A stretch of 63,601 nucleotides of DNA, filler included, from Octopus bimaculoides (Eukaryota): the NCBI RefSeq assembly GCF_001194135.2. It is 6 parts of 6 records of this genome, joined end to end, with 100 filler letters (N's around TTAATTAATTAA, not from the genome) between each part and the next. Parts side by side here need not be neighbours in the genome. Positions count along the whole stretch, not along the records: positions 22,069 to 30,459 come from NC_069000.1; positions 30,560 to 35,736 come from NC_068991.1; positions 35,837 to 43,991 come from NC_068998.1; 3 more parts are not named here. One strand, given 5' to 3'. Under the pieces are notes generated by a model, which searched no databases, was not told the origin of the DNA, and saw only the letters and a program-made list of their open reading frames with translations. The position numbers and the translations under genes are program-made. Positions 24,560-37,399 of the stretch are shown here, piece after piece. The first letter of the stretch is position 1; each line of letters begins with the position of its first letter.

Positions 24560-26760
24560 GGTAAGGCCAAAACAATGCGAAGTAAATGCAAGGTAAATCA
24601 CGAGGAAACAAATATATGAATTAATGTAGACTTACTTTGTATTCAATATTTCAGGGTTATGACCCCATTTTCAAGAACTAGACGAATGTTGCCAATGTGT
24701 GTGTGTGAGCATGTGTGGAGTGGACATGTGTGGAAAGGTGTTGCTATAGCAACCAGCTAGCTTCCTGTAACTCTTTTCTGTTGTTGATCTTAGGTTTCTT
24801 TTGGTGTATGAGAATAGCCTCAGAGATTCTAAGGTTGCCCCTGTTCCGTTGTATTGCCTTGGTGTGCGTTGTGAATTCCTGTGTCTGGCATTTCCGTAGA
24901 TGTTTCTTCACGGAAATGTCTGCCTGCACATGTTCCTTAATGTGTATATGCAGTTTTCTTGTGCTTCCTATGTAGGATGCATCACATTTGCCACAGATGA
25001 TCTCATATACAACATAGGTCCTCTGGCACAATTCAGGGCCATTGATGGGGCAGTTCAACAATATGCACTCCTTGGAGAAGTGAGAGGTGTTGTTCTTGGA
25101 CAGAGCTTTTCTCAGGGAAGGGCTGGTGTGCACTATCTGTATGTCGAGTCCTTCCCTGCAGACTGCGTGTTGTATCGCTGTCATCAAAGTGTGGTAGCTT
25201 TAGGAAGCATGTACCAGACTTGGGAGTATGATGGTTCTTCCGGGGTTTATTGACTTTGATGTTCTTTAGGTGCCATTGTTTAACTAAAGATGGTGGGTAG
25301 CCATTCAAGGTTATGTCTCTAAGGAACTGTTTGGTATTGACGGCTTTGTCAGTTACGTTGCTGCAATTGTTTATACGTGCAATCTCGTTTCTCACATATG
25401 TGGCTTTGGCCCTGGCGGATAAGGCTGATTGGTAGTGGACTGAAAGTTTTCTATCAGTGGCTTTTCTGTAAAATTTGGTAAATATGGAGCCTTCCTCTGT
25501 GATCTTGAGTTGAAAGTGAGTACAGAGAGAGTTCCAGATTCGTCTGGATGTTCAATCTCGAATTTGATGTTTATGTTGGTGTTATTGAAGGTCCTGTGTA
25601 TGTTAATGGCCTCATCCCTGGAGGATGTGATGATAAGGATGTCATCAATGTATCTGGAGAAGAAGATGCATGAGTGGCAGTTGTTGAGTGCTGTGCATTC
25701 TAGCTCATCCATGTACGTGATGGCCAGCAGGCCTGAAAGGCTACATCCCATGGATAGGCCGGAAGTCTGTTTGTTAATCACACCATTATATTGGAAGTAG
25801 GTGTTACCAACTATAGTGGTTAGCTACTCTCATATGTCTGAGGGTGTGGGGTTGAAGAGTTGGAAGTTGATGGATGGGGAGGTGAGAGAAAATGAAGGCA
25901 GAGATAGGGAGGGAGGGAGAGATGAGGTGGGGGAGATAAGGATGTGATGTGGTCTATGAGGATATCAACAGCCGGGAGAGCAGGTACAGAGGTGAAGAGG
26001 GGAAACCACGTCTAAACTAAAAGGGTGTTTGTTAGTTTTAAGTATGGAGGGGTTGATATCTTTGAGTCTTGTGAAGATTTCATGGGAGCTGCAGACATGT
26101 CCAGGGAATGCATGTAGTAAGAGCTTGAGAAGTTTAGAGAGGAGCGAAGAAATCTTATAAGAATGCACCATTAATTCCTGATACTATGGGTCTGATTTTA
26201 AGCTTAGGTCCGCGTTTTGGGGTTTTTATTAAATGGTGGAAGGGTGGTGTTTTTAGATGTGTAGTTCAGTCTAGTCTTCGTAGAGAGATTCCTTTGGTGA
26301 CAGATGTTGGTCCAGCTGGTGTTGATGGTGGACTCCAGTTGGTGAGGAGTGATGTTGTAAACCTTTTCATATAGTGTGGTGTCACTGAGGTGTTCGATAG
26401 CTAGTTTGTTGTAGGTGGGTTTGTCTATAATGCAGAATTCTTTCCCTTTGTCTGAAGGTAGGTAGATGAGGTTTTTGTTTCTTAAGTTTTGCAAGGTCAG
26501 GAATTGGGATTTAGTAAGGTTGCATGATGGGGAAGGGCGTTTATCTAATATGTTAAGTATGGATTGTTTGAGTCGAGCTAGTTTGGGGTTGTGAGGGGGA
26601 GGGTGGAAGAGGTGGTAGACAGAGAATCTAAGTGTAGCAGAGGAGGAGGTAGAAGAAGAAGAAAGAGATGACGGTGAAAATTACGATGAGCAAGGTGTAG
26701 GGGTGGTGGAGGGGGAGGAGGAGGTAAAGGGGTAGATAATGCTATTTGTGTGTCTGTTTG
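24560..26760 (-). mobile_element. Penelope-like element, near full length, frameshifted (RT, GIY-YIG, pLTR)
   Basis: LIYLPSDKG, FSLDVVS, QTSGLSMGCSLSGLLAITYMDELE, FSRYIDDILII, FEIEHP; CPIN..LCQRTYVVYEIICGKCDASYIGSTR..HIKEH. Confidence 0.92.
24641..24678 (-). ncRNA. Degenerate minimal hammerhead motif in the PLE 3' pLTR
   Basis: Minus strand gttc-TTGAAAA-t-gggt cata accc-t-GAAAT-ATT-gaat; stems I-III recognisable, core has C3U and G8A changes. Confidence 0.45.
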
Positions 26761-26774
26761 TTCCCCCACCATCA

Positions 26775-26935
26775 CTTGACAACCAATGTTAGTGTGTTTA
26801 CATCCCCGTAACTTAGCGGTTCAGCAAAAAAGACCGATAGTATAAATACTAGGCTTACAAAGAATAAGTCCTGGAGTCAATTTGTCCGACTAAAGGCGGT
26901 GCTCCAAGTAAAAGAATAAAAGAATATATAGCTAT
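26775..26935 (+). mobile_element. SINE family C 3' half
   Basis: ccccgtaacttagcggttc..agaccgatag..aagaataagtcctgg..aaaggcggtgctcca..aaaagaataaaag. Confidence 0.8.
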
Positions 26936-27039
26936 AAACAAGACACATATAAGCAATATACACACAAATGAATACACAGACACATGCATATATATATACA
27001 CACACACAAAATGAAATAAAATAAGATAACAGCACAACT

Positions 27040-28188
27040 AAAAGTCTCGTCACTACAATAAATATCAGGGCAGTTGCAGTGGTTAGATATAGTACGTCCA
27101 TCATCAGGTGGACTAGAGAAGAAATATCGAAGTTCAATTGAAAGTCGTATGGAGCATTACGCCCTAAAGCTAATATAATTAGACTGTAGATGTAGAGAAA
27201 AAATGGTGATAGAGGTCTCATCAATGTAGATTGTTGTATAAGGAGTGAAAGGAGAATGCTTACAGAATATTTGGCAAACAGTGATGAAAAGTTGTTCCAA
27301 TATGCAGCAAAAGATATGGGTATAAATACAAATGAAATGTTTGGTAAAGAAAAGTTGAAGAGAAAGGAAGATCTGGAAATGAGAATGCATGATCAGTTTC
27401 AAAGAAATACACAGGATATGAAGAATACAACATTATGGACATGGCTTAAACAAGGTGACTTGAAGCATACCACTGAAAGCCCTGTAATTTCAACATGAGA
27501 CCAAGCTATTGCTAATAATTCAGTGAAGTATAACACCTACAAAACTTCAGACACCCAGAAATGCAGACTCCATGAAAAAAATGTGGGAAATGTAACCCAC
27601 TTGGTAAGTAGATGTAAGAACCTCACACAAAAAGAATATAGATACTACCATGTTTGTACCTTCATTGCCTTTTATGCCATAAATACCAACATGAAGTAAT
27701 AGAGAATTGGACTGTAAAGTAATGCAGGAGGAAGAGAAAGCAACACTATTCCGGGATTATAGTTTTGTGAATGGTAGAGTAACTGAGCATTGCCAACAGG
27801 ACATTGTCATATTGAATAAGACAAATACTATCAGGTTTTGCCATAGCCATACCAAATGACATGAATATTGTGAGTAAAGAAGTTGAAAAAACCACCAAGT
27901 GCTCTGACTTGAAAGTGGAGATGGCAAGATTGTTTGGAATGCAAGATAGTAACATAAAAGTAATGCCATTTGCATTTGGAGTATTAGGGTCAATCCCACT
28001 GAAACTAAGACTTCTTAAAGCATTTGGGAATACTATGCAAGATTGGTGTCATACAAAAATTTGCGTTGTTAGGAACAGCACACATTTTAAGGAAAGTATT
28101 ATCTATTTGAGGTTCTTGTTGTGACATGATGGATGCCTAAATACTCTGGTTCATTTTCCATCTACACTGCGTGATAAAGCAATGATAA
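27040..28188 (+). mobile_element. R4/Dong-type non-LTR retrotransposon 3' end (post-RT, CCHC knuckle, REL endonuclease), decayed
   Basis: RMHDQFQR..LWTWLKQGDLKHTTES..DQAI..KCRLHEKNVGNVTHLVSRC; DIVI..EVEKTTKCSDLKVEMARL..KVMPFAFGVLG; ends in a taat-type tail. Confidence 0.85.
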
Positions 28189-28706
28189 TTCCTTTTCCAC
28201 TAGACACAAGGCCTGAGATTTGGGGGGAAGGAGTGGGTATAATTGATTACATCAACTCAAGTACTCATCTGGTCCTCATTTTATTGATCCAGAAAGGATA
28301 AAAGGCAAAATTGATCTTGGCAGAATTTGAAATTTGAATTCAGAATGTAAAGAGTCAGAAGAAATATCACTAAGCATTTCTTCTATTGTGGAATAGATTA
28401 GGATTGACAGGGTGAATAGATGGAGAGTGGAGTAGAATTATGTGAGTGAGTGTGTGTATTTAGGGTATATTACTGATCAGTATATTTCAAGAGGTTCTTG
28501 TTCATGTGTATATATTGGTGTATGTGTAATTATATATATATGTATTTGTCTGTACACACACACATTTATATATATATATATAGATGTATACAATATCTTG
28601 TGTGTACATGCATCATCATCCAGCCTGCTTCTGCTTATGATATACAGAGCAAATGTAGGAGAAATTATGATAAACAAAAGACATAAACTTGTGCTTATCA
28701 GAATTT

Positions 28707-28762
<56 letters not shown>

Positions 28763-29039
28763 AGCCATTAAAAGTCAGGAGGTATGAGATGAGAGTATAT
28801 TTATTTAACCACTTGTCATCCTTAGGATCATGGCCATTTTGCAGCCTTCTTCATGTAATAAACAATAATTTCAGGGTATAATAATTATGTCTGCACTAAT
28901 ATGCATGCTATGCATTATACAATACAACTGTACATACAGATAAAGAAAGCTAGCTCATCAGATCAACTGAAGATTATGATTACACCAACAATTCAACTCT
29001 AGGCACACATACAAAACTGAGATGAATTGACAAACAGAG

Positions 29040-30156
29040 TGACCAGTCTTACCTAAAAATGGACAGAGAGGAAGCTATCACTTGACCATCATACCTTGCC
29101 CCAGTTACTGCTGGAGAGTCTCTTGTTCATTTTTTTGTGGAAGGGATATGTTTAAATTGTTAAGCAGTTAGTCTGCTGCAAGAACCCTCTGTTTGGTGGC
29201 TTAGGCATGCTGTGATTTCTGATGCACAGACACATGCTCTGTTTGTGCCACCTACCACAATTTCTAGGCAGTGAATGTGTGTGGGCTCCATTTGTGAGGC
29301 ACATCTTTCTGCAGCTTGTCTTTTTGATGGAGCGGCAGTTCTAGATGCAGGATAGACTGAGAATGGGCATTTGGTACGTAGAATGTTATCAGACACTCAC
29401 AGTCCTCCACCAGTCAGACAATCGGATCAGTGGATGTCCCACTTTTAGTGGTGGGGAAGTGCAATGATATCCTCAGGGAGACCCTTGATATTGATAAAAA
29501 GGACCTGGTTAATCTGTTCCAGAGGACTTTCTGGTTGGGGACTATTATGGATAATTTCCAGGTGTCCTTGGCCTGGGGCAGGTGTGTGTGTGGGGGNNNN
29601 NNNNNNGGGGGGGGGGGTACTACTGGTTCGAGATAAACTCTACAAGTATGAATGTGCTGTCAGATGGGCTTGTCCAAGTTGCATGCAGAGCGATGAAACC
29701 ATTCTGCACACTCATTCAGTGTCTGAGCATTACTTACTCATGAGTCCTGTCGAACAGCTGCTGCTACAAGTGGGATGAATCCATCTCTCAGACAAGTCCA
29801 TAGACATGATTGCCCCACCACCCTCCTTTAATCAGGCAGGCAAGGCAGTTTTCCTTTATCTGGCAATGGTAAAAGAGGTTGTCTGGTGGACAAAGCTGAA
29901 AGGAATGAGGACAGTGACATTTCTCTTTAGCAGAGCCCTCAGTGACTTTTTCAGGAAAGTGAGGGTGGAGAGAGAGGTGCTGTCCTTGAGTAAATTTATT
30001 GATATGATGTACACTTCCATTCTTTGTTTTATTGTATACCATGTATACGTTCCTCTTTTTGTTTTAATCATTTCATTATATGTAAACCTCCACACTTTAT
30101 GTCTGTCTTTGTATTGTCCCTCTCATCCTTCACCTTGGTAGCAAATAAAAGAAATC
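29040..30156 (+). mobile_element. Tx1/L1-clade LINE 3' part (post-RT, Zn-binding domain, 3' UTR)
   Basis: VWAPFVRH (shared with 51837-52117), VRDKLYKYECAVRWACPSCMQSDETILH, KEVVWWTKLKG; ends aataaaagaaatc(att)n. Confidence 0.85.
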
Positions 30157-30170
30157 ATTATTATTATTAT

Positions 30171-30459
30171 TGTTATAGGGACTGTTGGATCAGTTGTTCG
30201 TCTGACGTCTCGTGTGTCAATGTGGTTCGTCTGAGTTCATTGTTTCATTGTTGTTGTTTTGAATGACTGTGGTAGTAAAATGTCATTGATATATATGGCG
30301 GACATGACTTTTGTTTATTAGCATCGAACTTTCGGTGAGTGCGTTCTTTGTATGTAATTGAATAATAAATGTAATAATTAAATTGTACAACTCATTGTCT
30401 TTTCTCTGCGAATCTCCCGAGAGGAATACAACAGAGTTTATTGGCGTCACCGATAGGAT
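30171..30459 (+). mobile_element. 5' LTR (30171-30433, 263 bp) plus primer-binding site
   Basis: TGTTAT...TACAACA, reverse complement of 21523-21785 with about a dozen differences; PBS tggcgtcaccgataggat (30442-30459) resembles the complement of a tRNA-Ser 3' end; runs into a gap. Confidence 0.88.
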
Positions 30460-31098
30460 NNNNNNNNNNNNNNNNNNNNNNNNNNNNNNNNNNNNNNNNN
30501 NNNTTAATTAATTAANNNNNNNNNNNNNNNNNNNNNNNNNNNNNNNNNNNNNNNNNNNNTATATATATATATATATATACATATATATATGTGTGTGTGT
30601 GTGTGTGTGTATCTGTGTCTGTGCGTATGCACGTATTTATATATGTATCTATGTATGTATGAACTTATATATGTATGTATGTATATAATTGCCTGTGTAT
30701 AGATAGATACCGTTTGAAATATTAGTGTATTTACTAACTTTAAGGACAACCCACTAATCTCTACCCCCTCTCTCTCTCTCTAACTTTTTCTGTTTCCCCT
30801 CTTTCGTTTTCCATGCTCTCCTTATCATAGTTATAGCTAGATATGCATATACAAATATATGTGTATATGTGCGTGTGGATATAATACATACATATAAAAA
30901 TATGTCTAACTCAATCACACTTTACCTCGTGTCCCTCATACACCCTCTCGCTCTCTAATAAATCTTTCTAAACTCCCCCCGCCGTCAATCTATACTTCTC
31001 TCTAAATATATTAGTTATCTATTCAACATTTATAAAGATCTATTAATTTGTCAGTCTTTATCACTGATTATCTTCGCGTTTCTCTCGCTCACACACAC

Positions 31099-31130
<32 letters not shown>

Positions 31131-32309
31131 ACGCTATTGCTCTGTTTGTATCTATTAAAATATATACATACACACACATATATATATATGTTTATATATA
31201 TATGTTTATATATATATTTATATATATGTATATAAAAACGATGAGTTTTTTTTCCTTATGGGGTTTTGTGACGCTGACTACTTTATAAATTCTTATAAAG
31301 ATTTTATCCTATATTATATTATATATATATATGTAAATATATATNNNNNNNNNNNNNNNNNNNNNNNNNNNNNNNNNNNNNNNNNNNNNNNNNNNNNNNN
31401 NNNNNNNNNNNNNNNNNNNNNNNNNNNNNNNNNNNNNNNNNNNNNNNNNNNNNNNNNNNNNNNNNNNNNNNNNNNNNNNNNNNNNNNNNNNNNNNNNNNN
31501 NNNNNNNNNNNNNNNNNNNNNNNNNNNNNNNNNNNNNNNNNNNNNNNNNNNNNNNNNNNNNNNNNNNNNNNNNNNNNNNNNNNNNNNNNNNNNNNNNNNN
31601 NNNNNNNNNNNNNNNNNNNNNNNNNNNNNNNNNNNNNNNNNNNNNNNNNNNNNNNNNNNNNNNNNNNNNNNNNNNNNNNNNNNNNNNNNNNNNNNNNNNN
31701 NNNNNNNNNNNNNNNNNNNNNNNNNNNNNNNNNNNNNNNNNNNNNNNNNNNNNNNNNNNNNNNNNNNNNNNNNNNNNNNNNNNNNNNNNNNNNNNNNNNN
31801 NNNNNNNNNNNNNNNNNNNNNNNNNNNNNNNNNNNNNNNNNNNNNNNNNNNNNNNNNNNNNNNNNNNNNNNNNNNNNNNNNNNNNNNNNNNNNNNNNNNN
31901 NNNNNNNNNNNNNNNNNNNNNNNNNNNNNNNNNNNNNNNNNNNNNNNNNNNNNNNNNNNNNNNNNNNNNNNNNNNNNNNNNNNNNNNNNNNNNNNNNNNN
32001 NNNNNNNNNNNNNNNNNNNNNNNNNNNNNNNNNNNNNNNNNNNNNNNNNNNNNNNNNNNNNNNNNNNNNNNNNNNNNNNNNNNNNNNNNNNNNNNNNNNN
32101 NNNNNNNNNNNNNNNNNNNNNNNNNNNNNNNNNNNNNNNNNNNNNNNNNNNNNNNNNNNNNNNNNNNNNNNNNNNNNNNNNNNNNNNNNNNNNNNNNNNN
32201 NNNNNNNNNNNNNNNNNNNNNNNNNNNNNNNNNNNNNNNNNNNNNNNNNNNNNNNNNNNNNNNNNNNNNNNNNNNNNNNNNNNNNNNNNNNNNNNNNNNN
32301 NNNNNNNNN

Positions 32310-32379
<70 letters not shown>

Positions 32380-32766
32380 ATTCTCTCTCTCTCTCATCCG
32401 CTTTCTCCCTCTCGCTCTTGAGAGTTTTGTCTCTCCCTGTCTCTCTTTCTCTCTGCCAATCACTTTTTCCTTCTCACATTCCCTGTCTCCCCTCCACTTT
32501 CACTATTTCTCTCTAACTTTCTCCCAATCTCTCTCATTCTCTCTCACACTCTCTCTCTCTCTCTCTCTGATTTCCACACTTCTAATTCATACTCTTTCTC
32601 TTTTTTTTCTCCACTCACTCTATCTCTCATAGTCACCATCACACACACACACATACATGTACTAAATTTCTCTCTAACCATCTGTCCTTCCATCTCAATC
32701 TCTCTATTTGTTTATATATTAGTCTCTCTAGCTGTTGTTCTCACTGACTCTGTATCTCTCTCTCTT

Positions 32767-32858
<92 letters not shown>

Positions 32859-33357
32859 GCTGTATGTCTGTCTATCTCTCTATCTGCCTCCCTAACTATT
32901 AATTAATTTATCCGTCCATCTATATATCCAGTCTGCCGTATATGTAACTACATATTTACATCTTTTAATTTTTCTATCTATCCATCTATTTATCCATCCA
33001 CCTATATATTTGTGTATCTGTTCATATGGCCTTCTATATATATTTGGATGTTTCTATCAGCCTATATACGTAACTTATATATCTGCCAGTTCATCCATCC
33101 CTCCATCCATCCATCTATCCATCCATCCATCTATCTATCTATCTATCTATCNNNNNNNNNNNNNNNNNNNNNNNNNNNNNNNNNNNNNNNNNNNNNNNNN
33201 NNNNNNNNNNNNNNNNNNNNNNNNNNNNNNNNNNNNNNNNNNNNNNNNNNNGTATATACGTGTGTGATTTGTGTGTGTATGCATATACTTATATATACAT
33301 ATATGTTATAAAGGCACACGTATACATACACACACACACATACACATATATATATAT

Positions 33358-33402
<45 letters not shown>

Positions 33403-33526
33403 GATAGATAGAGAGAGAGAGAGAGATACATACATACATGTATGCACGCATGCATACATACATACATACATACATACATACATACTTACACACAGCATGA
33501 ACAGGAAAATAGAGAGAGATCGAGCG

Positions 33527-33557
<31 letters not shown>

Positions 33558-35039
33558 AATATAGGGAGAAAGAGAGAAGGAGAGAAAGGAATAAAGAAAG
33601 AAGGAAATATAGAACGTGAGAAAAATCAAAGAAAGAAAGAACGAAAGAAAGAGAAAGAAATAATGTGAGAAAGAAAGAAAGGAAGAAAGATAGAAGGAAT
33701 GAACGAAAGAAGGAAGGAAAGAAAGAAAGAAGCGGAACATATGAATGAAGTGTCGATAGAAGGTTCGTAAAACTGAGTTGGAGTACAGAGTATGCTTCCG
33801 GCGGTGAGTCAACAGCAGCGAAACACTTTCAATTCCCAGCCGAGTCTCGGGAATTTTTTTTTTTTTTTTTTTTTTTTGCACTTAATTTATTTGACACGAT
33901 TGCATCTGTCCACGCCTATCATATCAATGTGTATACGCCCCACTGAAACATTCTAAAACACACACACACACACACATATACATACGCACACACACACACA
34001 GATATATATATATATATATACATATATNNNNNNNNNNNNNNNNNNNNNNNNNNNNNNNNNNNNNNNNNNNNNNNNNNNNNNNNNNNNNNNNNNNNNNNNN
34101 NNNNNNNNNNNNNNNNNNNNNNNNNNNNNNNNNNNNNNNNNNNNNNNNNNNNNNNNNNNNNNNNNNNNNNNNNNNNNNNNNNNNNNNNNNNNNNNNNNNN
34201 NNNNNNNNNNNNNNNNNNNNNNNNNNNNNNNNNNNNNNNNNNNNNNNNNNNNNNNNNNNNNNNNNNNNNNNNNNNNNNNNNNNNNNNNNNNNNNNNNNNN
34301 NNNNNNNNNNNNNNNNNNNNNNNNNNNNNNNNNNNNNNNNNNNNNNNNNNNNNNNNNNNNNNNNNNNNNNNNNNNNNNNNNNNNNNNNNNNNNNNNNNNN
34401 NNNNNNNNNNNNNNNNNNNNNNNNNNNNNNNNNNNNNNNNNNNNNNNNNNNNNNNNNNNNNNNNNNNNNNNNNNNNNNNNNNNNNNNNNNNNNNNNNNNN
34501 NNNNNNNNNNNNNNNNNNNNNNNNNNNNNNNNNNNNNNNNNNNNNNNNNNNNNNNNNNNNNNNNNNNNNNNNNNNNNNNNNNNNNNNNNNNNNNNNNNNN
34601 NNNNNNNNNNNNNNNNNNNNNNNNNNNNNNNNNNNNNNNNNNNNNNNNNNNNNNNNNNNNNNNNNNNNNNNNNNNNNNNNNNNNNNNNNNNNNNNNNNNN
34701 NNNNNNNNNNNNNNNNNNNNNNNNNNNNNNNNNNNNNNNNNNNNNNNNNNNNNNNNNNNNNNNNNNNNNNNNNNNNNNNNNNNNNNNNNNNNNNNNNNNN
34801 NNNNNNNNNNNNNNNNNNNNNNNNNNNNNNNNNNNTATATATATATATATATATGCTCAGTTTTACATGTGTTCCTAAGTGTACGATATATGGACGTATA
34901 TGTGTACTTTCAACATGTATAAGCGTGTGTATTCTCCATGTGCATGTGTATGTGTATGTATGTGTGCGTCTCTGTGTACGTATGCATGTGTGTGCACAGT
35001 TTACTTTTAATAAAAACTTTATGTAATTCGATAGTTCTC

Positions 35040-35270
35040 GAAGTAGTTTCGGATACGTAGCAGCTAGGTTAGCAAATGCCAGTGGTGCGGTTTCAATACT
35101 GAGTAGAAGTACCTGACTTGAGTGGTGTGTGGTGTGGAAGAGGGGCATGTGGAAATGGCACAATACAATTGTTTTCATCAGATAATATATTTTTGATTTT
35201 TTTACTGTACAACCATACTTCGTTAAATGCTGTCTGGAGGTGACACATATACAGCAGGGTATATTTAATT
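35040..35270 (-). pseudogene. Possible decayed paralog of exon 3 of the secreted-protein gene
   Basis: Minus strand ICVTSRQHLTKYGCTVKK resembles exon 3 VCLSSRRLRMYKECARRK; DNA tgtatatgtgtcacctccagac vs tgtatgtttgtcctccagac; no clean in-frame acceptor. Confidence 0.3.
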
Positions 35271-35836
35271 ACTGCTCTTTAAACGAAAACAGACTCACGG
35301 CTCGATATATTCAAGGATACGTTCAGAGGAGCAGCCACACAAAAAATGTTGAGTCTCTCACACACACACAGACACACACACACACACATGCACACACACA
35401 CACACACGCACGCACTCACAGAGGTTTGTGTGTGTGAGTGTATATATATATATATATATATATATATGCATATATACATACATATATGTACATACCTACA
35501 TATATATATGTATATATACATGCATATATAGATACAGGACGTCAAAAACACGTGAACTAAATAAGAAACGAGAACATAAACAAAAACATTAAAAACGAAC
35601 TTTTTTTCGAACAAAAAAAGAAACAAATAGAGAAACGAGACAAGCATCATAAGGAACACTCCCTTCAGCAGTTGTCCCCTATTTTATGAAATCCCTATGC
35701 ATGTATATATATGTGTGTGTATATGCATATGTATATNNNNNNNNNNNNNNNNNNNNNNNNNNNNNNNNNNNNNNNNNNNNTTAATTAATTAANNNNNNNN
35801 NNNNNNNNNNNNNNNNNNNNNNNNNNNNNNNNNNNN

Positions 35837-35871
<35 letters not shown>

Positions 35872-36072
35872 CATACATATCTATTCATATTTATACATGC
35901 ATATATACATATGTGTGTGTGTCTGTGTTTGTGTATATGTGTGTATGCGTGTGTTTGTACGCAAAGAAATATATAAGAAGAAAGTGGTGTTTAATTAGAT
36001 TAAATCTTATACAGAGATTACGTTGGAGCATTTGTATCTCGGAAGATAAACATTTGTATCTTAAATACTTAC

Positions 36073-36106
36073 CAACAGTAAGACAGATACGTAGAATATA
36101 TCGCAT
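36073..36106 (-). CDS. Paralog A first coding exon, signal-peptide start MRYILRICLTV(G)
   Basis: tccactATG..gtt g|GTAAGT phase-1 donor; homologous to 43713..43677 with a shared upstream module; downstream exons not resolved (linker gap at about 35.74-35.84 kb). Confidence 0.6.
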
Positions 36107-36993
36107 AGTGGATTTTTTTCTCGTATAATGTTATTCTACTTCTCCCCGTGTCTTATAAACCTAACCTCGAAACAATGTAACTGCTGTTGGTCTTCAGCCC
36201 AACTGTGGTTATATTTGAAACGTACTGTATTATATGATTTTTTTTTTTCTGTTGCATATTTAATAGTGTGGATGACAACGAAAACGGTTTTGCTGATTTA
36301 TTTGAGAATTTTATCTGTTGAAATACGTATGTGTATGTGTGTGTGTGTGTCTTTGTCTGTATGCATGTGCGTGAGCCTGCGTGGTGTGTGTGTGCGTGTG
36401 GGTAGGTGTTTGTGTTTGTGCGCGTGGTGTGTAAACCCCCAACTGAGTCCCCAACATGCCTGCAGCCCAATGACTGAAACGATTAAAAGAATAAAAGTAG
36501 CGAATGAACGAAAAGAATGAGAAATAATATAATGAATGCAAATGAAGAAAATGTATTCAGGAAATTGATATCTGTATATCATACAAAATGTATATACATC
36601 GTTAGAAGACATGAAGCTTTATATATATTGAAGCAAAACGAATATAGACGCACCAGTAGCTCATTGAGACGTTGGACAATGAGTGACAGTCAGGTAGACA
36701 TTTTAATATCTTTTCTTTAAATGTAGAATTGTAGAGTATTCTCTCGTATATGTGTGCTTATCTGTTTACATATACAAACCATATCTATCTTACCTTCCTC
36801 CCTTCTGGTTTTGAGAAGCCTAATTTCTCAAGATTGGTATTTAGGCAGTGTATGTATGTATGTATGTATGTATGTATGTACGTGTGTTATGTGAGCATGT
36901 GCGTGTCTTCACATGTTAGGTAGAATATAATTCCTATGCACAGTTTCATTCAGAACGGTTATGAAGATGAATATTTATATCTTTATCTACTGA

Positions 36994-37260
36994 CAAACAA
37001 TGAGAAGACGATAACAGAGAAAATATTCCGTCGTGGATATTCCTTTTAAATCAACGTCTGCTCATGAAATATTCCTGTATTTGTTTTCCTGTCTTGTAAA
37101 TTTCGAAATGACGTAACGGCTGTTTATTATAACTCTGACTATATTTATCTTTACTATATATAGTGTTATATATTTTATTGCGACATATTTAATAGTTACT
37201 TGTTTGACAGTGAAAAAAACGTTTTAGTTATATATTTGAAATGTTAAAATACGAAACATA
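36994..37260 (-). pseudogene. Paralog B promoter plus exon 1 remnant (ATG changed to ACG, donor GTCAGT)
   Basis: atccacgACGgaatattttctc..attgttt|gtcagt; upstream catatttaatag module at 37184-37195. Confidence 0.55.
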
Positions 37261-37399
37261 CATACACAGACATGCAGGAAGTAAATAGACATCTTTAATT
37301 GTCAAAATGTCTGATCTAAGCGTCTTAATATGTTTTCAGCTGTGTAGAATTTACAATGTAATTATTATGTTTCGTTCCAGGTGCCATTATATTAAATAT

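Noticed and set aside
21523-30433. Single LTR element split by a real genomic inversion
   Set aside because: No matching TSD and the interrupted SINE does not resume; kept only as a possible scaffolding issue.
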